A DNA stretch of 29,893 bases from an uncultured virus (IMG/VR IMGVR_UViG_2061766007_000756) (taxonomy: Duplodnaviria; Heunggongvirae; Uroviricota; Caudoviricetes). The stretch is from the IMG/VR virus record IMGVR_UViG_2061766007_000756; one strand, given 5' to 3'. The position numbers and the translations under genes were made by a program. How positions within the stretch are numbered: position 1 is the first letter of the stretch; every line of letters starts with the position of its first letter. Under the pieces are notes generated by a model that searched no databases, was not told where the DNA came from, and saw nothing but the letters and a program-made list of their open reading frames with translations. Positions 7,460 to 17,008 of the stretch are shown piece by piece.

Positions 7460-7532
7460 TACTCCAGAGTGGATTCGAACCACCGGCCAACCGCTTAGAA
7501 GGCGGTTGCTCTGTCCCCTGAGCTACTGGAGC
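7460..7532 (-). tRNA. tRNA-Arg(UCU)
   Basis: Cloverleaf; ACCGC-CUUCUAA-GCGGU. Confidence 0.93.
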
Positions 7533-7533
7533 G

Positions 7534-7606
7534 TGAACCATCAGGGTCTCGAACCCTGGACATTCTGATTAAGAATCAGATGCTCTACCAACTGAGCTAA
7601 TGGTCC
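7534..7606 (-). tRNA. tRNA-Lys(CUU)
   Basis: Cloverleaf; UCUGA-UUCUUAA-UCAGA. Confidence 0.92.
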
Positions 7607-7749
7607 AAAAGTGAGAGTATATCCATCGCCTCAACTCTCATTACCTACCGGCTTTGCACCTGGGCGCTCAGGNNNNNNNNNNNNNNNNNNNNNNNNNNNN
7701 NNNNNNNNNNNNNNNNNNNNNNNNNNNNNNNNNNNNNNNNNNNNNNNNN

Positions 7750-8854
7750 TTTCAAAACTATCCATAAAGGCTTTTACTTCTGCTTTTCTTGCCTTCTGGT
7801 CATCAGTATCATCATCCATATATTCCCAATCATCATTCCAAATAAGGTCTGCTTTATTAAGGTCAAGATGATAACCTGACTCATCAACAATAATGTCACG
7901 AGTATAAAATCTTAGACCAATAGAGGAGCAATATTTTTCAAATTCTTTAGGAATAGAACCTTTCTCAAAAACACACCAACCATAATTATAACGGTTGTTA
8001 AACATATCAAGGTCATAAGATTCTTTAGAGTAAGCAACAAAGCCATTCTTAAATACGAGTTTTGCAGTAAGATATAGATAGCGTTCACGCTCAATATTGA
8101 GATCCATCATAGTCTCAGCTAAATCATACCCCTGATTCAGTTCAAACGCGATTGCTCTCAACACATCGTACGTAAAAGCGGAAACCGCACTTAAAGCAAC
8201 GATCTTGTCAATCCACTGTTTGGCGTTATCATTGAGATTATCTTCCATATATTCTCTAACTTCATCTCCAGTCGGTGCACCCATAATAAAATGATAATGG
8301 AAGCGACCAGGACGATTCAGTAGATATGAATTCAAATCCCTTGTTTCATTACAAGTTACAACATATAACTTTTTACCATTGTCAATTCCATCAAACAAGG
8401 AAAGCAAAGTTTCTTGAGGTTCGTATCCTGTTTCTTTATTAGCTTTAAATGTTTTTTCAAATTCATCAAACAAGACAATACATTCTTGCTGAATAGAAGA
8501 AATAAAATCCTCAACTCCAGGGACTGCACAATCAACAATTAAAAGAGGAAAATTGGCTTCTTTCCCTGCTTCTGCCAGTAGGCGCGCAAACATAGATTTA
8601 CCGACGCCTTTTGGGCCAGAAAGAATAATACCCATATTGCGATTTAAATTTGCGAAGGTGTTCATAACCTTCTTTACTTTAATTGCATAAGGACCGTATA
8701 CTTTCTCATTTACAACAAGATCGTTATGACTTGTGAGATAAAATCCTGTCATCTTGTTAAATTCAACACGATAGGTATCAGCGGGAAGTTGTTTATAAGT
8801 TTGAACATCTTCACCATAAACCATATATCTATCGCCAGCATTAACAATATTCAT
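7750..8854 (-). CDS. AAA+ ATPase; true stop probably in the gap 7673-7749
   Basis: Walker A GPKGVGKS, Walker B VLFDEFEK, SRH LLNRPGRF. Confidence 0.9.
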
Positions 8855-8929
8855 ATGACTTCTCCTTTATCTCTCATTCATTTTCTATATATATTATACC
8901 AAAATTTTTCCAAAAAATCAATTCAGAAA

Positions 8930-9914
8930 TTATTCTTCTACAGTAAGGGAGTAATACCAATTCATTACAACATCAATATAATTCTGATTCCAAGTAATAT
9001 TATCGCCTTGAATATAAAATGATAAAGCGGCATCGACTTGATTACCAGTAGCAGCCAAAATGGCTTTCATATAATATGCATAGACTTTAAGACTATCATA
9101 TGGATTCCAAATATCAGCATGGTCCATTCCAGCAAAGTTCTTTGCGCGAGCATCAAAATAAATGCCCTTAAATTGACAGATGCCATGGTCTTTACCATTA
9201 GTAGAGTTAGGATTCCAGCGGCTTTCTTGGAAGATTTGCGCTACCGCATATGGATACCACCAAGAAAGACCCAGATTGTTTAATTGATTATAAAGATATT
9301 CTTCATATGCGCGATTAGGACATACTCCACAAATCGAAAGATATGTGAAGCCTGCGGCCGCCGGTTCTCTGATTGTGGAACTAGTCGGTGCGATTGTAGG
9401 CGCCGCCGCAATTGTTGTTGGCGGTACATAAGGTTGATCGCTTAGATATAAATCGCTCATATAAAGCACTTGTTCATTGAGAATAATTGTATACCAACCA
9501 GTTTCGTGGCATCGCGCAATCGCATATAGTTCATCATTTAAATGCGCAACGTGAATAATATCACCTTCTGTGCTGGGTAATGTTCTCACGTTTACCGATG
9601 CTGTCGCATACATAATATGAGGTTGGATATCATAAAATGTATATGCTGGTTTGGTAGTTTCTGGCTCTGTCTCGACCTCTGTTGTTGTTTCTTCTACTGA
9701 AGTTGTGGCTTCTTCAGTAGANNNNNNNNNNNNNNNNNNNTTCTTCTGTAGAACTTTCAAATGTTTCAATTTCTGTTTCTGTTGGTATTGAACGTTCTAT
9801 TACAGAAGGCATAAATTCAGGAAGAGTGTCTGTCGTTACTAACTTTGATTTTGAACATCCTGAACAAAATACGATAGTTAGCAAAACGATTAAAATTGTT
9901 AAGATTTTTTTCAT
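8930..9914 (-). CDS. exported/lipoprotein cell-wall hydrolase: signal, Thr/Glu linker, SH3b, lytic transglycosylase-like domain; frame broken by an N gap
   Basis: MKKILTILIVLLTIVFCSGC; VNVRTLPST...GWY (SH3b); AQIFQESRWNP...GICQF (SLT-like); joins ORFs 9714-9923 and 8930-9769. Confidence 0.8.
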
Positions 9915-9943
9915 TTTGTTCACCTCTTATTTTTTAGGATAAG

Positions 9944-10018
9944 GGTGAATGAAGGGACTTGAACCCTTGACCTCCAGGGCCACAACCTGGCGCTGCCACC
10001 AGCTGAGCTACATCCACC
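9944..10018 (-). tRNA. tRNA-His(GUG)
   Basis: G-1:C73; CCAGG-UUGUGGC-CCUGG. Confidence 0.92.
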
Positions 10019-10021
10019 ATA

Positions 10022-10058
10022 TAAAATAAGGGAGACCAAAATGCATGGCCTCCCTTAC
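10022..10058 (-). terminator. probable intrinsic terminator or processing hairpin
   Basis: UAAGGGAGGCCA...UGGUCUCCCUUA followed by UUUUAU. Confidence 0.5.
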
Positions 10059-10074
10059 AGTTAGTCCTATTTAA

Positions 10075-10620
10075 TTAGGGCCATTCGCCAAGAGGCATGC
10101 CAAGATTTCCAACCTCAATATCAGTATTGTAATAGCAGCCAGTAATACCAGCGTCACCAAAAATTTCTGCGGCAATGTCTTGATATAGAGTGCTAATAAT
10201 ACCATGGCAATCATTCAGATTGTCATTGAAGAACTGCACAACACAATTCTTAAATACGACATAAGTAGTAGCAAGCCAGTTGAAGCCTTCATCAGCAGGA
10301 CATATAGCATATGCAAATGCTGGATTGCCCTTAAACGCAACTTCAAAAAGCTCTTTCTTTGAGGTGAAAGCACGATTGCTCATAGTAGGGCAATCGACAC
10401 CGATTGTAAGAGGAATATTTCCGAAATGGATTTCGGTAGGAAGTAGCTTCACAAGTGCAGCCGCTTTATCACCATCATTCGTTGCAAGAACAACGGATGG
10501 GCCTTTTTCACCATTGTAGTCAACATTGAACGCAATCAGCGGATCGCCATCAAAAAGTGCTTGAAGCTTGTTGACATATGTTACCCATGGTGGAGAAATT
10601 CTTAATCTTACATCTGTCAT
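10075..10620 (-). CDS. hypothetical protein
   Basis: 181-aa ORF with AAGGAG RBS. Confidence 0.8.
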   Translation of the reverse strand: MTDVRLRISPPWVTYVNKLQALFDGDPLIAFNVDYNGEKGPSVVLATNDGDKAAALVKLLPTEIHFGNIPLTIGVDCPTMSNRAFTSKKELFEVAFKGNPAFAYAICPADEGFNWLATTYVVFKNCVVQFFNDNLNDCHGIISTLYQDIAAEIFGDAGITGCYYNTDIEVGNLGMPLGEWP

Positions 10621-10633
10621 AAATTGATCTCCT

Positions 10634-10831
10634 TTAAATCTTTTCTACCAATTCAAATTTGGTAGTATAATATGTACCACAGTGATCGCACTTACCTTCG
10701 CCATATTTTAATTCAAAGGGTGCGCCACATTTTTTACAAGTAATGGGATGGACTTCAATAACTTCGCATCTGAGTTTATAAATTTTTCCGCCTAAAGCGA
10801 TTCTACTAATATATCCAGCAAATTCTTCCAT
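10634..10831 (-). CDS. small zinc-ribbon protein
   Basis: CKKCG...CDHCG; GGAGG RBS. Confidence 0.75.
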   Translation of the reverse strand: MEEFAGYISRIALGGKIYKLRCEVIEVHPITCKKCGAPFELKYGEGKCDHCGTYYTTKFELVEKI

Positions 10832-10853
10832 TATTTTCCTCCATTATTTGAAA

Positions 10854-10939
10854 CGGACAGACAGGGATTCGAACCCTGGGACGCTTGCACGCCTCTGGTT
10901 TTCTGGACCAGTGCACTCGACCAGCTATGCGATCTGTCC
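10854..10939 (-). tRNA. tRNA-Ser(AGA), atypical A34 and C33
   Basis: Ser-type body (GGA.../UCC-G73, long variable arm); CUGGU-CCAGAAA-ACCAG. Confidence 0.85.
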
Positions 10940-10943
10940 AAAG

Positions 10944-11031
10944 CGGAGAGAGAGGGACTCGAACCCTCGCACGGGTTACCCCGTCTGGCAGTTTAGCAAA
11001 CTGCTCCCTTCACCGACTTGGGTACCTCTCC
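10944..11031 (-). tRNA. tRNA-Ser(GCU)
   Basis: GCAGU-UUGCUAA-ACUGC; long variable arm. Confidence 0.93.
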
Positions 11032-11465
11032 ATAAAAAAATATTGCAAGGGCGCTCAATACTCGAACGCGCCCAATTCAGTCACACAGCGCAAACAATAA
11101 TCACAGTATTAGCGATCCCTTGCAATATGCTCCTCTGCGTTGCGGGCTTGGAACCGTCTATGGCCGCATTAGCATATATGTATTTATAAAGTAGGGAGTA
11201 AAAAGAAGAACTGTCATTAATAGAAAGAGGGAAAAGGTCAAAAAGGAAGTCCGAAATATGACCAAAAAATGACAATCAGAGTTAAAAAACTCTCCCTAAC
11301 GTAATAGTTTTGTTCTTTCTGAAGGCAACACTATATATAGAATGATGGCGTCCTGCAGCCTGGTCAGCCGATGATTACTGTCTTTGAAAATGTGGCAATT
11401 CATTAAAGATAACAGGAAAGACCAGGATCTCAACTTGCAGTTCTTACAGCTATACAGTGCTGTAG

Positions 11466-11538
11466 TGCCTCCGAGTGGAATTGAACCACTGACACGAGGA
11501 TTTTCAGTCCTCTGCTCTACCTTCTGAGCTACAGAGGC
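11466..11538 (-). tRNA. tRNA-Phe(GAA)
   Basis: GAGGA-CUGAAAA-UCCUC. Confidence 0.93.
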
Positions 11539-11546
11539 CTGAGGCT

Positions 11547-11660
11547 AGTCGCATATTTTAGGTTGGATTTGAACCAACTACCTTTTGCTCCAAATGCAAA
11601 CGCTCTACCTAATGAGCTACTCTCCCTACAGACGGAAGTAAAAGATTGCTGTTAGCGACT
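11547..11660 (-). ncRNA. ACAGCAA-stem element E5 enclosing D, anticodon and T arms but no acceptor 3' strand
   Basis: AGUCGCUA-ACAGCAA...UGCGACU; GCUC-AUUAGGUA-GAGC, UUUGC-AUUUGGA-GCAAA, GUUGG-UUCAAAU-CCAAC. Confidence 0.7.
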
Positions 11661-11663
11661 GAG

Positions 11664-11738
11664 TAGCGGGAGTGGGATTTGAACCCACAACCTTCTCCTT
11701 ATGAGGGAGACGAGCTTCCAGATTGCTACTATCCCGCG
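11664..11738 (-). tRNA. tRNA-Met(CAU), initiator-like body
   Basis: C1xU72 mismatch, CGCGGGA start; anticodon stem UCUCC/GGAGA lacks GGG/CCC. Confidence 0.85.
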
Positions 11739-11746
11739 ATATTACA

Positions 11747-11805
11747 CAAGACGAATTTAGGTTTTTTGATTACCAGTCAAATCCTTAATTGCTGTAATCG
11801 TCTTT
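11747..11805 (-). ncRNA. ACAGCAA-stem element E6 presenting an isolated Thr(GGU) anticodon stem-loop
   Basis: AAGACGAUU-ACAGCAA...UUCGUCUU; UUUGA-CUGGUAA-UCAAA. Confidence 0.7.
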
Positions 11806-12011
11806 ATTTTACATAATAATTATAACAAAAATTTTTATAAAAATCAATAAGATTAATTGAAGGATTACGTACCTTCTGGTAAATTGATCGGATCTACCTT
11901 ACGGAGGGTTTGCTTCAAGACAGTTATCCTTGCTCTCCCGATGCATTTTTATACCGAGCCAGGATGGACGCGGTTGAGAATTCTCTTAATAGAGTATATG
12001 ATACTCCATAG

Positions 12012-12086
12012 TACCTAAGAATGGATTTGAACCATTGACTTCTCCCTTATGAGGGGAGCGTTCTGACCAGGCTGAACTACTCAGGC
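12012..12086 (-). tRNA. tRNA with CAU anticodon (elongator Met or Ile2)
   Basis: CUCCC-CUCAUAA-GGGAG. Confidence 0.88.
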
Positions 12087-12171
12087 ATATGAAAGGCAGT
12101 TTTTCGAGGACGTGCCCAGGTCCCACAAGAAAGGAAGATACTAAAGTAGTTTAATGACTTACTCGGGTCGA

Positions 12172-12225
12172 TGACTCGTACTGGATTCGAACCAGTGACT
12201 CCAGCGTGAGAGGCTGACGGCTTAG
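12172..12225 (-). tRNA. tRNA-Glu(CUC), 5' part in a gap
   Basis: loop CU-CUC-AC and T arm. Confidence 0.85.
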
Positions 12226-12288
12226 NNNNNNNNNNNNNNNNNNNNNNNNNNNNNNNNNNNNNNNNNNNNNNNNNNNNNNNNNNNNNNN

Positions 12289-12328
12289 GTGAAAGGGTGA
12301 TGGCTTTATACCACTTGCCGAAGGGGCC
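12289..12328 (-). tRNA. tRNA-Glu(UUC), 3' part in a gap
   Basis: GGCCCCUU...CU-UUC-AC. Confidence 0.8.
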
Positions 12329-12336
12329 AATCTATA

Positions 12337-12435
12337 TTAAAAAGAAAGGTCTGCATTATCTATGGAGTCATATTCATCATATACTTCTTCACATTGGACT
12401 TCGCAATCGAATGAGTCCCAATAAAACTCTGTCAT
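12337..12435 (-). CDS. 32-aa acidic peptide
   Basis: MTEFYWDSFDCEVQCEEVYDEYDSIDNADLSF*; AAGGAG RBS directly after the promoter at 12469. Confidence 0.6.
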   Translation of the reverse strand: MTEFYWDSFDCEVQCEEVYDEYDSIDNADLSF

Positions 12436-12517
12436 AGATTTTTGCTCCTTTCTTTATCTTACATATATATTATATCAAATTTTTTCCAAAAAATCAATTC
12501 ACAATTTTTTATGTAAG

Positions 12518-12591
12518 TACCGAAGGTGGGATTCGAACCCACAAAATCTTGAGTTTGAATCAAGCACGTATACCAATTCCATCACTCCGGC
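12518..12591 (-). tRNA. tRNA-Leu(CAA) with a short variable loop
   Basis: CUUGA-UUCAAAC-UCAAG; variable region AUUUU. Confidence 0.85.
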
Positions 12592-12599
12592 ATACTAAG

Positions 12600-12672
12600 T
12601 GGACCGTAAGGGACTCGAACCCTTGACCTCCTCCTTGCAAGGGAGGCTATCTCCCAACTGATATAACGGCCC
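12600..12672 (-). tRNA. tRNA-Ala(UGC)
   Basis: G3:U70; CCUCC-CUUGCAA-GGAGG. Confidence 0.93.
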
Positions 12673-12746
12673 ATAAAATCGCTTTTTGAGAGAGCGATAA
12701 CTCTTACTCACCAAAAGGGGAGTATGATATGAAATCATTCAGGGAA

Positions 12747-12819
12747 TGCGAGATAACGGACTTGAACCGCTGGCCCTCTGCTTGTAAAGCAGATGCTCTC
12801 CCAGCTGAGCTAATCTCGC
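12747..12819 (-). tRNA. tRNA-Val(UAC)
   Basis: UCUGC-UUUACAA-GCAGA. Confidence 0.93.
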
Positions 12820-12824
12820 AAAAT

Positions 12825-13007
12825 AGATCGGGTGTGCAGTTGGCTAACCTCGTTTAAACACGAGTGCCTCAATCACACGCATCCTCGTCTGGATTTCACA
12901 TCCTTGGTACTGGGACTTCCGGTTTACCCTGTTGAGTTGGACCTCAAAGTGTTCCAAATATACGGGCTTTATTCTCTTCTCGGCTTTTAATACTTGCCTA
13001 CCGATCT
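12825..13007 (-). ncRNA. unassigned stem-closed structured RNA (~180 nt)
   Basis: AGAUCGG/CCGAUCU closing stem, several internal hairpins, no ORF. Confidence 0.4.
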
Positions 13008-13094
13008 TTTATATAAACGAGGAAGAGTTGCGGATATTACTCGGCCTCTTGCTACTGGTCTCTTTTAATACCTAAACAGGATACCAACTCGTTT

Positions 13095-13280
13095 TTATTC
13101 TTCTGAGCTGATAATCTCCCAATCATCATCAAAATTGAGAGCTAAACCACCCCAGGAGCCATGAATTTGACCTATATCATCAATAGACCTCACAACGCCT
13201 TCACGATCTGAATACTCCGGCTCACCATACATATGATGGATATGAACAATATCCCCAGGCTTTACATCAAGTTTTGACAT
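13095..13280 (-). CDS. DUF4314-like small protein
   Basis: GVVRSIDDIGQIHGSWGGLAL...DDWE; AAGGAG RBS. Confidence 0.75.
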   Translation of the reverse strand: MSKLDVKPGDIVHIHHMYGEPEYSDREGVVRSIDDIGQIHGSWGGLALNFDDDWEIISSEE

Positions 13281-13581
13281 AGGCTTCTCCTTTAGCTAAT
13301 AAAATGAGCGCGTCATATGTCGATACCAACCACAACTTGTCTTATGTGGACTTCCTTTACGGCTGTCCGAGTCTTCCGCGCTACTAATTCTAAAGACGAT
13401 ATTAAAAATGCACTTTACTTCGCTTCTTTGGTATAGCGTTTTCCGCTCTTTCATGCCACATATCTACTACAACTCCCAAAGGGTCGAATTACGTAGCCGG
13501 TGGTAGTTTAAGTGCTAAATCCGTGTTAACGCTGATTTTTTCGTCTTCTCTGACAAATATCCTGGCCATCTGGCGAGGAAG

Positions 13582-13655
13582 CGACCTGAACGGGGCTCGA
13601 ACCCGTGACCCTTAGCGTGACAGGCTAATGCTCTAACCAACTGAGCTACCAGGCC
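13582..13655 (-). tRNA. tRNA-Asp(GUC)
   Basis: UUAGC-CUGUCAC-GCUAA; G73. Confidence 0.93.
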
Positions 13656-13772
13656 AAAAGGCTATTTTGAATGCTTTTTCATATACCATCTACGGCATGT
13701 CGCAGCGCATACAGTATCTACTTCGGCACCCAAGGCGCCACCCCAATCTGTTTCCCAACAGAAATTTGAAAA

Positions 13773-13931
13773 CAGCCGTGCGATTCTTTCCATACCCGCC
13801 CCACATAATTTTTATTCGGGAACTTTTGTAGGGTCATGACTCCCTATCTCTCTGTGGTAATAGCACATCAATCTACCTTAGGTTGTGCAGTTCAACCTCG
13901 AATCGCTAACCGCGCGCGTCCGGCACGGCTG
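13773..13931 (-). ncRNA. unassigned stem-closed structured RNA (~160 nt)
   Basis: 9-bp closing stem CAGCCGUGC/GCACGGCUG immediately 3' of tRNA-Leu(UAG). Confidence 0.45.
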
Positions 13932-13933
13932 AG

Positions 13934-14007
13934 TACTCCACATGGGACTCGAACCCACAAAATTCTGATCCTAAGTCAGACGCGTCTACCAATTGCGCCA
14001 ATGGAGC
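13934..14007 (-). tRNA. tRNA-Leu(UAG) with a short variable loop
   Basis: UCUGA-CUUAGGA-UCAGA; variable region AUUUU. Confidence 0.88.
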
Positions 14008-14201
14008 ATATGTGATTGGGAACCACCCTATCGGGATCACGCTCTCCGCAATCAAATTGTCTTGCTGATTGTGACAATGCAGATTTTCGACTCTACAACG
14101 GGGCGCCTACCCCTAACACGTGCGGCCCTCCACCCGTCTATGCTTTTTATCAGTCATAGCACTGAACTACATTTTTGGTTTTGAGGTTGTAGCCCCTCTC
14201 G

Positions 14202-14273
14202 CGCCCCCAGATGGGTTCGAACCACCGACACCTCGGTTAACAGCCGAGTGCTCTACCGCTGAGCTATGAGGGC
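14202..14273 (-). tRNA. tRNA-Asn(GUU)
   Basis: CUCGG-CUGUUAA-CCGAG; G73. Confidence 0.93.
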
Positions 14274-14339
14274 TTATTTTTGAACGCTCCCACCGCTTAA
14301 ACTCGCAGTGCCGGTCGACCTTTTCCTCGTTCAGGTTTT

Positions 14340-14516
14340 CAAGACAGGAGTTCCCGTTTCTAAATTTCCCTGCGAGCGCTCGCATTCGGGCTTCGCTACA
14401 GAAGTGGGACACTACTCTAAAGACTTGCTTCTTTTCTTTCTTTGGTGGGGTTATTCAACTCCGGCGCAGAAAAATGATTCTAAATCATCTTTGTAAGATT
14501 GCTGTCACCTGTCTTT
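14340..14516 (-). ncRNA. ACAGCAA-stem element E7 (longest), with an anticodon-like UAG hairpin
   Basis: AAGACAGGUG-ACAGCAA...CCUGUCUU; GAUGA-UUUAGAA-UCAUU; follows the promoter at 14543. Confidence 0.65.
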
Positions 14517-14626
14517 GAAGTCTTTCTTTATCTTACATATATATTATATCAAATTTTTTCCAAAAAATCAANNNNNNNNNNNNNNNNNNNNNNNNNNNNN
14601 NNNNNNNNNNNNNNNNNNNNNNNNNN

Positions 14627-15028
14627 GTTGTCAAAGTACATACCTGAGAATCTGAACGCATCAATCATGTCCAGATAAACATTGAGAGTATTTGCTGCGG
14701 AAGAATACTCTTCAATAAGATCGTCCATTTCCATGAAATTGGCTTGAATTTCTTCCACATATTCCATTTTCTCTTGCAAAGTAGAGTTGGCCGCACTCAT
14801 AATTAGCTGAATACGCTGTTCATCTTCTTGCTTCATCTTCTGGACTCTGCGCTCAGACTCTTTCAGATCGTTGATATAATCTTTTAGGTCTTGAGGCTTA
14901 ATAGCTCTAATCTTCTCATATGGTACTGAGTTGTGAATCTCCTGGTACATCTGAGACGATCTGGAATAACTACCTAATGGAATGAAGATGTTATTTGCTC
15001 TTGCATAAAAATTCACATAGGAACTCAT
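14627..15028 (-). CDS. hypothetical coiled-coil protein; stop in a gap
   Basis: ORF MSSYVNFYAR... downstream of the promoter at 15059. Confidence 0.75.
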
Positions 15029-15114
15029 ACTATTCACCTTCTTTCATTTTCTATATATATTATAACAAAATTTTTCTAAAAAATCAAAAAAGATTGTATA
15101 ATATAGAAAATGAA

Positions 15115-16047
15115 TTATGATAGACGAGTGATAGTTACTCTACCATATTGAGCCCCTCTGGTAATCGTAAGATTCAATCCACTAACGCTTGCTTTAGTAG
15201 AGGTAGAGGTTTTAAGCGCATACAAATGAGAACCAAGTCTATTGGCCGCAACAATCCATGCAGCATCATTTCCAGCTGATGTACTACTTCTATTAGAAAA
15301 TGTTACAAGATAAGTCATATCATTAGCTAATGGATAAGTAGCAGTACCGAGTTGAGAATATACATACCAAGAGTTGCCGTCTAAATCTTTTGTACGCAAG
15401 CCGTTCTCTTTTAAGAACTTCGATGGGTCTTCAGGGAAAATCATAGTGTGTCCTCCTCCTTGTGTATTAGATTGGTTTCCAGCGGGTGTTTGAGGATCGT
15501 TAGAATCTAGCGCCACAGCAGTGTGTCCAGTTTTCCAAAGAATATCACCACGTTTTATTCCAACACCGTATTGAAGGAGCTATTTATCTGTTAATTTTAT
15601 GAATTGACCAGATTTCAATAACACATCATCCATTTCCCAAGTACAAAGTTTTCTCAAAGTACTAAGTTTGATTCCAGCAAAATAAACGGCTGCACCCACC
15701 AATGTAGCACAGTCGCAATTAACAGGAATATTAATCATGCCCGGATTAGGCAATGTCATTTTAGCACACTAGTCAAAAACTCCAACACGAGTTGCGTCTT
15801 GAGAATAACCAATATGACTTCCATTGGCAACAGCAGACATCATAAAGTTAGCAATAAATTCTGCGACTTTATTGTCTTTTGGACGATATACTGCTTCCCA
15901 GCCACCAGAAAAATTGATGACATTTAGTTCGCCATCTAAGTTGCCTCCTGGTTTTGCAACTGTAACTCCAGTTCTGCGCTAATTTGGCGCAGTACCAAAT
16001 TTAGTCCCAGTTTCAGACGAGGCTGCCTATGCAATTCTAATCATCAT
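15115..16047 (-). CDS. NlpC/P60-like peptidoglycan amidase/endolysin, 310 aa with 4 in-frame TAG read as Gln
   Basis: AAGGAGG RBS; TAG at 16027, 15979, 15769 and 15580; IGYSQ...NCDCATLV...RGDILWKTGHTAV; in frame with ORF 15115-15516. Confidence 0.82.
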
Positions 16048-16135
16048 ATCTCCTCCTTACTTATAGACTTCTTACCATCTCATTAAATCATTTAATGAAA
16101 CCTTTAACCCCATAAAATAAGGAGAGCCCATTTGG

Positions 16136-16429
16136 TTATTTTGAACGACAACATTTTAACCAATAGCGGTAAAACTCTTTAAGAGTAGGATAGTGCTTTT
16201 TAAGATATTCATTTTCACCACGCTCCCACTGCTCCTTAGCTTCTTCCCAAGTCCAGCGATTGCAATAGTCATGAATAGTCCAAGATTCACTAACCTTCTT
16301 ATGAGCATTACCTTTCATAGGAAGGTCATCAACCTTACGCACTTTCTTTTGAGCAATTCTTTTAGCTATCTTTGTAGTACCACGAGAACCATCGGTATAT
16401 ACAGGACTTTTCTTATACGATCTGCTCAT
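16136..16429 (-). CDS. basic hypothetical protein (MSRSYKK...)
   Basis: 97-aa ORF, AGGGG RBS. Confidence 0.8.
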   Translation of the reverse strand: MSRSYKKSPVYTDGSRGTTKIAKRIAQKKVRKVDDLPMKGNAHKKVSESWTIHDYCNRWTWEEAKEQWERGENEYLKKHYPTLKEFYRYWLKCCRSK

Positions 16430-16523
16430 ATTTATTTACCCCTATCACATCTTTGTGTTAGTTCTTAAAAAATAGACAAATTGTCTGAAAAAACTTTGTC
16501 CTAAAAGTTCAAAATTTTTTAAG

Positions 16524-16552
16524 CAGGCGGTGAAGGAATCGAACCCACATTA
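16524..16552 (-). tRNA. 3' end of a tRNA, anticodon hidden in a gap (Trp- or Gln/suppressor-like acceptor)
   Basis: GUGGG-UUCGAUU-CCUUC-ACCGCCU-G73. Confidence 0.7.
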
Positions 16553-16724
16553 NNNNNNNNNNNNNNNNNNNNNNNNNNNNNNNNNNNNNNNNNNNNNNNN
16601 NNNNNNNNNNNNNNNNNNNNNNNNNNNNNNNNNNNNNNNNNNNNNNNNNNNNNNNNNNNNNNNNNNNNNNNNNNNNNNNNNNNNNNNNNNNNNNNNNNNN
16701 NNNNNNNNNNNNNNNNNNNNNNNN

Positions 16725-16996
16725 GTTTGTCTTTCATCAGAAGTAAATTCTGCAGGTTCAAAACTAGTTGGAGCTGCGGTTGCTATCATAGGATTTTCAA
16801 AATCTTGCGTAGCAGATTGATTAATTGTGCCCACAGGGACTTTAGGGCAGGTTAATGCCAAAGCCACTTGCATGCGCTCACCATTCTCAATACTCCACAC
16901 ATAGATTTTCTTATCAAATTCTCCAATAAAATCACTTCCAAACGCACTTTGAATGCGTTGAATTACATTAGTTTTTGCTTCAGCACCTTTCGCCAT
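16725..16996 (-). CDS. hypothetical protein; stop in a gap
   Basis: MAKGAEAK... ORF with AAGGAG RBS. Confidence 0.75.
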
Positions 16997-17008
16997 TACA
17001 TAATCTCC

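Noticed and set aside
9714..9769. Apparent frameshift between the two cell-wall hydrolase ORFs
   Set aside because: The break coincides with an N gap in a low-complexity Thr/Glu linker; not evidence of programmed frameshifting.
13307..13382. AAGGAAGUCC resembling the RNase P RNA P4 motif
   Set aside because: The element is only ~75 nt and lacks the complementary 3' P4 strand.
14472..14489. Plus-strand hairpin AATGA-TTCTAAA-TCATC resembling a CUA amber-suppressor anticodon arm
   Set aside because: There is no surrounding cloverleaf, and the transcribed strand is minus, where the loop reads UAG.
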